A stretch of 64,000 nt of DNA, taken from NCBI GenBank assembly GCA_976551045.1, contig CDPCPM010000017.1:6200001-6264000 (forward strand), read 5' to 3'. The notes below the pieces were generated by a model, which searched no databases, had not been told where the DNA came from, and saw only the letters and a program-made list of their open reading frames with translations. Within the stretch, counting starts at the first letter, position 1. The number at the start of each line of letters is the position of its first letter. Below are positions 57,901 through 64,000 of this stretch, one piece after another. The position numbers and the translations under genes were made by a program. This DNA is from Glaucostegus cemiculus. Lineage: Eukaryota.

Positions 57901-60900
57901 TTTTATTAGGAACAGCACCAACGACATCAGCAACTGTGACCACAACCAGTACCACATCAGGTCAGTAAGACCATCTTTCAAAACCGTTAGCATTTCCTTC
58001 ACCACCTCTGGGCTCGGTTAATTGATGTTCCATTAACTCTAGCGTCACTAACATTCCACCATAGTTTTGCGGAAAGAAATAACAAATTCTCACCTTGAAG
58101 ATGTGGGGTACAACCCAGGAATGAAGTAGGGGCCTCGTGCTAATGACTCCCCTCAGTACTTCCAAGAAGAGCAATGAGCTTGGCACATATCAATCCACGT
58201 TGATTGGTAGTTTCGGCACCAAGAAACCAAAACCTTGCCAGAAAAGCCCCTTCTCTACCTCATACAGACACAACCTCAGGATATTTGGTAATAGCTAGAT
58301 GATTGAATATAGTCCATTGTCAGCTAAGTACTGCAGAGTCGAGGAATGATGAGATTCTGGATACATTGCTGGATGTGCCGCACCTCGATCTTCTCAAACT
58401 CTGTCAGTGAAGCAGTTCAACAGAACTCTTCCCAAAGTCAGCTTCTCACTTTCATACTTCTGTCCATGTAACAAGAATCAACTCAGATTCACATAAAAGT
58501 TTTCTGAAAATATTTATAATCTCATGGATCACAAGCATACTAAGAACTGTGCATGAGATCAAGATTTTGTCATTATCTCCGACGATACAGAGATCAATTT
58601 GTGTCTGAACATCATCAGCTCCGCCGTCGTGAAGATGATTTGAAAAATTCAAGCCAGTCTGAACAATATATGCTGAATCATATCAAATCTGACCGCCTGC
58701 TCTTGCAATTTAAGTTTGTAGTACCAGTTGTAACACACTTGTACTTTTTCTCCAGGAACAACACCATCAGTAACTGGCACAACTGAATCCACCAGCAGTT
58801 CCACAGCAGGTAAGTGAGAGTCCTTACAGCAAACACTGGCAAACTTTAAACCAAAGTGCAGCCTCTTCTAACACTTCTCACTGCTATTACCATTTGTTAC
58901 TTTTTTAACCTTCATGCTGTACAAATATCTCCGTAAATCTGTCACATTAGGAGCAAAACAATTAGATAGTTATAGAATCTTGAAAAAGCTAAGGAAATGT
59001 GAAGGAATTCAGTTGGTGTCTTCTGCTTCTCACCGCCTTTAATGCTTTCTGCTGCAAGAAGAAAAATCCAGCGGCCGTCGTTGAGTCTAATATTCTTTTC
59101 TTTTATTTCAAAAATCAGAAACAACAGCAGCAACCGAGACCACTACCACTACTACAACCACAACCATAACAGGTGAGTAACAATATCATTCAGAAATGTC
59201 ACCATGACCTTCAGCAACTCTGTGGCCTTCCAACTCCAGCTCTTTCTGTTCTGCCATCAGGAAATTCACCCAAGTGTCCACGACACTCAACACTACATTG
59301 ATTCATACCTTTGCTCAAAAAATTACCATGACCTCCCGCTCAATTAATCAAATAACTTATGAACTCAGGAGGGAACTTGTGGTTCTGACAGCCCTTCATA
59401 TTTTCAAAAGGCACAGGGAGCTTGGCATCTTCCATTGGACGTGGATGTCAATCTTCTGCAGCAGAGCCTTTTCACAAAAAAGGCTCTTCTCGTAAAAGAG
59501 AGATTCCATTTCATGTACGCAGTGCTTTAGCTTTGGCACCTCAACTCTGTGAAACTCCAACTTTTCAGGAGGTTGCCATTTGCTTCCCGAAAGTGTCTTT
59601 ACTCATTCACACAACTGGAATAAATATCACTGCAGTTTTGGACAAAGATATTCTGATAAAGATCATCATCTCAAGGAACACAAGCTTCCTAAAAGAGGTG
59701 TGGATTTCATCAAGAGATTGTCAGTATGAATGACCAAGCAGATGTCATGTAAAATGCCTCCATGTACTCAAATCAGGAAAGCATCATCAAGGTTTGACGA
59801 CTATACCACAGTCCTCTTTATTATTGCTAACTCGTCCTGGATTGTTGTGCTTATGCAATGCAAGTCGTCTTCAGTGAGTGAAAATGCATTTATTCTTTCA
59901 CCAGAAACAACACCATCCACATCAACAACTCCCACAAGTGTGTCCACCACCGGTTCTACAACAGGTCAGTCACGATCCTTTCAATACACATTGAAACACC
60001 TTAAGGAAAAGAGTGGATCTTTCTAACATCACTTGCGTGGCTTCATTTCCCCAGCACTTTTGCATGACTTATGAACGTATATGCTGAATGTTAATTAAAC
60101 GTACATCTATATCGATCACATAATGGTTCAAAGTTAGTCGACCAACTTACCAATAGAATCTTCAAAATGCTTAGGAAATCAGGAGGACCTGGGATGGTGT
60201 CTTCTGCTTCCCACTGTCTTCCATACATTCAGCTGGAACGGGCAAAACTTGGCTGCTGTATCTGATTATCACATTCCTTTCTTTTATTAGGAACAGCACC
60301 AACGACATCAGCAACTGTGACCACAACCAGTACCACAACAGGTCAGTAAGACCATCTTTCACAATCGTTAGCATTTCCTTCAGCACCTCTGGGCTCTGTT
60401 AAATTAAGTTCCATTAACTTGAGCATCAGTAACATTCCTACATAGTTTTGCTGAAAGAAATTAGAAATCCTCACTGGGACATAGCCCAGGAATGAAGCAG
60501 GGGCCTCGTGCTACTGACTCCCCTCAGTACTTCCAAAAAGAGCAATGAGCTTGGCACATATCAATCCACATTGATTGGTAGTTTCGGCACCAAGACACCA
60601 AAACCTTGTCAGAAAAGCCCCTTCTCTACCTCATACAGACACAACCTCAGGATATTTGGTAATAGCTAGATGATTGAGTTTAGTCCATTGTCAGCTAAGT
60701 ACTGCAGAGTAAAGGAATGATGAGATTCTGGATAGATTGCTGGATGTGCCGCACCTCGATCTTCTCAAACTCTGTCAGTGAAGGAGTTCAACAGAACTCA
60801 TCCCAAAGTTAGCTTCTCACTTTCATACTTCTGTGCATGTAACAAGAATCAATTCAGATTCACATAAAGGTATTCTGAAAATATTTATAATCTCATTGTT

Positions 60901-63900
60901 CACAAGCTTACTAAGTAGTGTGAATGAGATCAAGAGTTTGACATTATCTCTGACGAAACAGAAATCAATTTGTGTCTGAACATCATCAGGTCTGCCGTCG
61001 TGAAGATGATTTGAAAAATTCAAGCCAGTCTGAACAATATATGCTGAATCATATCAAATCTGACCGCCTGCTCTTGCAATTTAAGTTTGTAGTACCAGTT
61101 GTAACACACTTATACTTTTTCTCCAGGAACAACACCATCAGTAACTGGCACAACTGAATCCACCAGCAGTTCCACAGCAGGTAAGTGAGAGTCCTTACAG
61201 CAAACATTGGAAAACTTTAAAACAAAGCGCAGCCTCCTCTGACACTTCTCACTGCTATTAGCATTTGTTACTTTTTTAACCTTCATGCTGGAAACATATC
61301 TTCGTAAATGTGTCACATTAGTAGCGAAACAATTAGATAGTTATTATAGAATCTTTAAAAAGCTAAGGAAATGTCAAGGAATTCAGTTGGTGTCTTCTGC
61401 TTCTCCCTGCCTTAAATACTATAAGGTGAGAGAAGGAAAATCTAGCTGGCGTGGTTGAGTCTAATATTCTTTTCTTGTATTTCAAAAATCAGAAACAACA
61501 TCAACAACCGAGACCACTACCAGTACAACAACCACAACCACAACAGGTGAGTAACAATATCTTTCAAAAACGACAGCATGACCTTCAGCAACTCTGTGGC
61601 CTATCAACTCCAGATCTATCTGTTCTACAATCAGGAAAATTCACCCGTATCCGCGACACTCAACATTAAATTGATTCATAGCTTTGCTCAAAAAATCACA
61701 ATGACCTACCGCTCAAGTATTCGAATAACTTCTGAATTCAGGAGGGAACTTGCGGTTCTGACTACCGTCATAGTTTCAAAAGGCGCAGGGAGCTTGGCAT
61801 CTTCCATTGGACGTGGATGTCAATCTTCCGGCAGCAGAGCCTTATCACAAAAAGGGCTCTTCTCATAAAAGAGTGATTCAATTTCATGTACACAGTGCTT
61901 TAGCTTTGGCACCTCAACTCGGCGGAAATCCAACTTTTCAGGAGTTTGCCATTTGCTTTCCGAAAGTGTCTTTTCTCATGCACACAATGGGAATAAATAT
62001 CACTGCAGTTTTGGACAAAGATATTCTAAAAAAGATCATCATCTCAAGCATCACATGCCTCCTAAAAGAGGTGTGCATTTGATCAAGAGATTGTCAGTAT
62101 GAATGACCAGCCAGATGTCATGTAAAATTCCTCCATGTACTCAAATCAGGAAAGCATCATCAAGGTTTGACGATTTTAGCACAGTCCACTTTATAATCGC
62201 TAACTCTTCGTGGATTGATGCGCTTATGCAATGCAAGTCGTCTTCAGTGAGTGAAAATGCATTTATTCTTTCACCAGAAACAACACCATCTACATCAACA
62301 ACTCCCACAAGTGTGTCCACCACCAGTTCTACAACAGGTCAGTCACATTCCTTTCAATACACATTGAAACACCGTAAGGAAAAGAGTGGATCTTTCTAAC
62401 ATCACTTGCATGGCTTCATTTCTCCAGCACCTTTGCATGATTTATGAACGTATATGCTGTATGTTAATGAAACGTACGTCGATATCGATCACATATTGAT
62501 TCAAAGTTAGTCGACCAACTTACCAATAGAATCTTCACAATGCTTAGGAAATCAGGAGGACCTGGCATGGTGTCTTCTGCTTCCCACTATCTTCCATACA
62601 TTCAGCTGGAACGGGCAAAACTTGGCTGCTGTACCTGATTATCACATTCCTTTCTTTTATTAGGAACAGCACCAACGACATCAGCAACTGTGACCACAAC
62701 CAGTACCACATCAGGTCAGTAAGACCATCTTTCAAAATCGTTAGCATTTCCTTCACCACCACTGGGCTCGGTTAATTGATGTTCCATTAACTCTAGCGTC
62801 ACTAACATTCCACCATAGTTTTGCGGAAAGAAATAACAAATTCTCACCTTGAAGATGTGGGGTACAACCCAGGAATGAAGTAGGGGCCTCGTGCTAATGA
62901 CTCCCCTCAGTACTTCCAAGAAGAGCAATGAGCTTGGCACATATGAATCCACGTTGATTGGTAGTTTCGGCACCAAGAAACCAAAACCTTGCCAGAAAAG
63001 CCCCTTCTCTACCTCATACAGACACAACCTCAGGATATTTGGTAATAGCTAGATGATTGAGTTTAGTCCATTGTCAGCTAAGTACTGCAGAGTAAGGAAT
63101 GATGAGATTCTGGATAGATTGCTGGATGTGCCGCACCTCGATCTTCTCAAACTCTGTCAGTGAAGGAGTTCAACAGAACTCAACCCAAAGTTGGCTTCTC
63201 ACTTTCATACTTCTGTGCATGTAACAAGAATCAATTCAGATTCACATAAAGGTATTCTGAAAATATTTATAATCTCATTGTTCACAAGCTTACTAAGTAG
63301 TGTGAATGAAATCAAGATTTTGACATTATCTCTGACGAAACAGAAATCAATTTGTGTCTGAACATCATCAGCTCCGCCGTCATGAAGACGATTTGAAAAA
63401 TTCAAGCCAGTCTGAACAATATATGCTGAATCATATCAAATCTGACCGCCTGCTCTTGCAATTTAAGTTTGTAGTACCAGTTGTAACACACTTGTACTTT
63501 TTCTCCAGGAACAACACCATCAGTAACTGGCACAACTGAATCCACCAGCAGTTCCACAGCAGGTAAGTGAGAGTCCTTACAGCAAACATTGGAAAACTTT
63601 AAAACAAAGCGCAGCCTCCTCTGACACTTCTCACTGCTATTAGCATTTGTTACTTTTTTAACCTTCATGCTGGAAACATATCTCCGTAAATGTGTCACAT
63701 TAGTAGCGAAACAATTAGATAGTTATTATAGAATCTTTAAAAAGCTAAGGAAATGTCAAGGAATTCAGTTGGTGTCTTCTGCTTCTCCCTGCCTTAAATA
63801 CTATAAGGTGAGAGAAGGAAAATCTAGCTGGCGTGGTTGAGTCTAATATTCTTTTCTTGTATTTCAAAAATCAGAAACAACATTAACAACCGAGACCACT

Positions 63901-63928
63901 ACCAGTACAACAACCACAACCACAACAG
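730..63928 (+). CDS. muc19: Multi-exon gel-forming mucin gene, MUC19-like (partial: D2 end, D'D3, then micro-exon PTS domain); continues beyond both window edges
   Basis: GT-AG exons join in consistent phase into TIL/E, VWD ([14 protein letters not shown]...VCGLCGNFN), C8 and TIL domains, followed by Thr/Ser repeats. [31 protein letters not shown] and [19 protein letters not shown] match my recollection of MUC19/submaxillary apomucin rather than MUC2/5/6. Orthology was not tested. Confidence 0.8.
1060..1118 (+). CDS. muc19: Mucin exon ([20 protein letters not shown])
   Basis: ttttcacag acceptor; G|gtaatt donor; phase 2 in completes a Cys codon. Confidence 0.85.
1241..3430 (-). CDS. CR1 ORF2, 729 aa open frame: partial APE endonuclease fused in frame to reverse transcriptase
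   Basis: [19 protein letters not shown] (EN); [41 protein letters not shown] (RT). Confidence 0.9.
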   Translation of the reverse strand: MQGEGIRNEREDSEMEGRGQVGPTQFRNINTTGERRNGLKILYLNARSVRNKVGELEAQIRMGKYDVVGITETWLQGDQTWEMNFQGYTCYRKDRKVGRGGGVALLVRNEIQSLARGDIESGEVESVWIELRNCKGKLARNIKEDSKSFFRYVKGKKLVRNNVGPLKTESGEIITGNREMAVEFNEYFGSVFTGEDVRNLPEVQMDKRQRVMEELKWIDIRKEMVMGRLMGLKADKSPGPDGLHPRVLKEVALEIVDALVIIFRCSLDSGSVPEDWRMANVIPLFKKGGREKTGNYRPVSLTSVVGKMLESIIKDEIAAYLGINDRIGSSQHGFTKGKSCLTNLLEFFEDVTRKIDEGDSVDVVYLDFQKAFDKVPHRRLVGKMRAHGIGGRVLTWIENWLADRKLGVNGCFSEWQAVTSGVPQGSVLRPQLFTIYVNDLDEGIENNISKFADDTKLGGSATCVEEVRRIQGDLDRLGEWADTWQMKFNVDKCEVIHFGSRNRKADYYLNGVELGKGEVQRDLGILVHQSLKVNEQVQQAVMKANGMLACIMRGIEYKSKEILLHLYRALVRPLLEYCVQFWSPGLGKDILAIEGVQRRFTRLIPGMSGLSYAERLDRLGLYTLELRRLRGDQIETYKIVKGLDKIETGNMFQMLGKSRTRGHDLRIRGRPFRTEVRKNFFSQRVVSLWNTLPQRAVEANSLDTFKKELARFLIDRGIKGYGDKAGTGY
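3433..3655 (-). pseudogene. C-terminal fragment of CR1 ORF1 (SGNH esterase-like), with one internal stop
   Basis: [47 protein letters not shown]; DGLH is the SGNH DxxH motif; TAA lies just before ORF2. Confidence 0.8.
3791..3870 (+). CDS. muc19: Mucin exon, TIL' first half ([27 protein letters not shown])
   Basis: ttttcttcag acceptor; gtaagt donor; phase matches the exon at 1060-1118 across the LINE-containing intron. Confidence 0.88.
4204..4352 (+). CDS. muc19: Mucin exon, TIL'/E' ([30 protein letters not shown]...DCNNC)
   Basis: aag acceptor; TG|gtgagc donor; cysteine pattern. Confidence 0.88.
4448..4586 (+). CDS. muc19: Mucin exon, E' end and VWD3 start ([47 protein letters not shown])
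   Basis: tag acceptor; GAG|gtaagt donor; canonical VWD N-terminal motif. Confidence 0.92.
5868..5972 (+). CDS. muc19: Mucin exon, VWD3 ([35 protein letters not shown])
   Basis: tctcag acceptor; gtatgt donor; phase 0-0. Confidence 0.9.
6097..6285 (+). CDS. muc19: Mucin exon, VWD3 (GKELILLRG...[37 protein letters not shown])
   Basis: ttacag acceptor; AAG|gtgagt donor; 189 nt. Confidence 0.9.
6965..7410 (-). mobile_element. Degenerate 3' fragment of a CR1/HER1-like LINE
   Basis: Typical tail as read on + (aacatagaacaatacag...caggccctttggcccaca), then decayed ORF2 C-terminal sequence (RMEGYG-like) parallel to the copy at 1150. Confidence 0.75.
8412..8651 (+). CDS. muc19: Mucin exon, VWD3 end with CGLCG motif and C8 start ([13 protein letters not shown]...FGNSWK...CHKR)
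   Basis: aag acceptor; gtaaga donor; 240 nt; CGLCG at 8421-8435. Confidence 0.92.
8732..8888 (+). CDS. muc19: Mucin exon, C8 ([37 protein letters not shown]...WRTPELC)
   Basis: atcag acceptor; C|gtaagt donor. Confidence 0.92.
9105..9420 (+). mobile_element. tRNA-derived V-SINE (HE1-like)
   Basis: A-box-like gctggtagagc and B-box-like gagttcattcc; V-domain core tgtgtggcgtttgcatgttctccctgtgacc...ttctcccacatcctaaggatgtgc; CR1-like tail gtgggccgaag. Confidence 0.78.
10088..10213 (+). CDS. muc19: Mucin exon, TIL3 first half ([28 protein letters not shown]...AVLE)
   Basis: tacag acceptor; G|gtgttg donor; CDYYN..C.WHY.PCG motif. Confidence 0.9.
10385..11525 (+). mobile_element. Old, heavily decayed CR1 LINE fragment (RT to 3' UTR), sense orientation
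   Basis: Remnants FEKVP (~10428) and ISKFADDTK (~10650-10676); 3' UTR aagggcc...tgttcttat; many stops and indels. Confidence 0.78.
11796..11937 (+). CDS. muc19: Mucin exon, TIL3/E3 ([32 protein letters not shown]...DCEAC)
   Basis: aaag acceptor; TG|gtaaag donor; phase consistent. Confidence 0.9.
12660..12691 (+). CDS. muc19: Mucin micro-exon ending E3 ([11 protein letters not shown])
   Basis: ttacag acceptor; T|gtaagt donor; phase 2 in, phase 1 out. Confidence 0.85.
13150..13230 (+). CDS. muc19: First PTS exon ([27 protein letters not shown]), 81 nt, phase 1-1
   Basis: aacag acceptor; CAG|gtaaag donor; Thr/Ser-rich. Confidence 0.82.
14507..14560 (+). CDS. muc19: PTS micro-exon ([18 protein letters not shown]), 54 nt, phase 1-1; diverged relative of cassette exon C
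   Basis: Polypyrimidine tract then cag (CAGAAG tandem acceptor); G|gtgagt donor. Confidence 0.8.
15700..15735 (+). CDS. muc19: PTS micro-exon ([12 protein letters not shown]), 36 nt; shortened, diverged D-type exon
   Basis: acag acceptor; CAG|gtgagc donor; flanks resemble exon D flanks. Confidence 0.78.
16551..16610 (+). CDS. muc19: Orphan A-type PTS exon ([20 protein letters not shown]), 60 nt
   Basis: ctttcaccag acceptor; CAG|gtcagt donor. Confidence 0.78.
17165..17224 (+). CDS. muc19: Cassette exon A, first copy; 60 nt; consensus [20 protein letters not shown]
   Basis: ttctttcaccag acceptor; CAG|gt(g/c)agt donor; phase 1-1; present in all 20 units. Confidence 0.87.
17551..17601 (+). CDS. 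muc19: Cassette exon B, first copy; 51 nt; consensus [17 protein letters not shown]
   Basis: cctttcttttat(c/t)ag acceptor; CAG|gtca(a/g)t donor; phase 1-1. Confidence 0.85.
18378..18431 (+). CDS. muc19: Cassette exon C, first copy; 54 nt; [18 protein letters not shown]
   Basis: ctttttctccag acceptor; CAG|gtaagt donor; phase 1-1. Confidence 0.88.
18744..18797 (+). CDS. muc19: Cassette exon D, first copy; 54 nt; [18 protein letters not shown], alternating with [18 protein letters not shown] (e.g. 21123-21176)
   Basis: tttcaaaaatcag acceptor; CAG|gtgagt donor; phase 1-1. Confidence 0.86.
19354..47831 (+). repeat. Dimeric higher-order repeat, period 4739-4754 bp, with two alternating monomer types
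   Basis: Marker ORFs alternate MTNQ/MTKQ; 26488, 31227, 35966 and 40705 are each 4739 apart. Confidence 0.92.
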
Positions 63929-64000
63929 GTGAGTAACAATATCTTTCAAAAACGACAGCATGACCTTCTGCAACTCTGTGCCTATCAACTCCAGATCTAT
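45459..64000 (+). repeat. Trimeric higher-order repeat, period 7135-7136 bp
   Basis: MTKQ at 45459/52595/59730; MTSQ at 47832/54968/62103; MTNQIS at 50214/57349. Confidence 0.92.

Larger units (their letters stand above)
16725..64000 (+). repeat. Tandem array of 20 complete ~2.36-2.38-kb exon-bearing cassettes, running off the window end
   Basis: Exon A starts at 17165, 19529, 21910, 24281, 26663, 29021, 31402, 33760, 36141, 38499, 40880, 43253, 45634, 48007, 50389, 52770, 55143, 57524, 59905 and 62278 (mostly derived from the recurring ORF start +175). Confidence 0.97.

Noticed and set aside
16679-63698. Dozens of recurring 60-186 aa ORFs on both strands of the array
   Set aside because: They recur only because the DNA is repeated. 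Starts, stops and frames vary between copies and there are no domains; only the splice-bounded Thr/Ser segments stay consistently intact.
17165-63928. Dscam-like mutually exclusive exon choice or RAG-type rearrangement
   Set aside because: Introns exceed 300 nt, exons are mutually compatible in phase, and I saw no docking/selector pairing or RSS heptamer-nonamer. Serial inclusion is the simpler model.
16725-64000. Reading the array as non-coding satellite, CRISPR-like array, or rDNA/snRNA/tRNA cluster
   Set aside because: No repeat-spacer structure and no recognisable RNA gene; units carry in-phase exons continuous with the upstream mucin.

Overview
Vertebrate genomic DNA, probably from a cartilaginous fish (inferred from CR1/HER1-type LINEs and an HE1/V-SINE-type element). 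The whole window lies inside one + strand gel-forming mucin gene that looks most like MUC19; its start and end are outside the window. Bases 730-12691 hold 12 spliceable Cys-rich exons (end of the D2 assembly, TIL'/E', and the VWD3-C8-TIL-E D3 assembly) with retroposons in the introns. From 13150 the Thr/Ser-rich glycodomain is not one large exon but a run of tiny symmetric phase-1 exons. From about 16.7 kb to the window end these form a tandem array of 20 complete ~2.37-kb cassettes, each with four micro-exons (60/51/54/54 nt, 73 aa per cassette). The array is hierarchical: an ancient ~1.2-kb two-exon unit, a 2.37-kb four-exon monomer, then 4.74-kb dimers that switch to 7.14-kb trimers at a chimeric unit whose crossover can be mapped. 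The many short ORFs in the array are intronic or antisense artefacts. All coordinates were read by hand.
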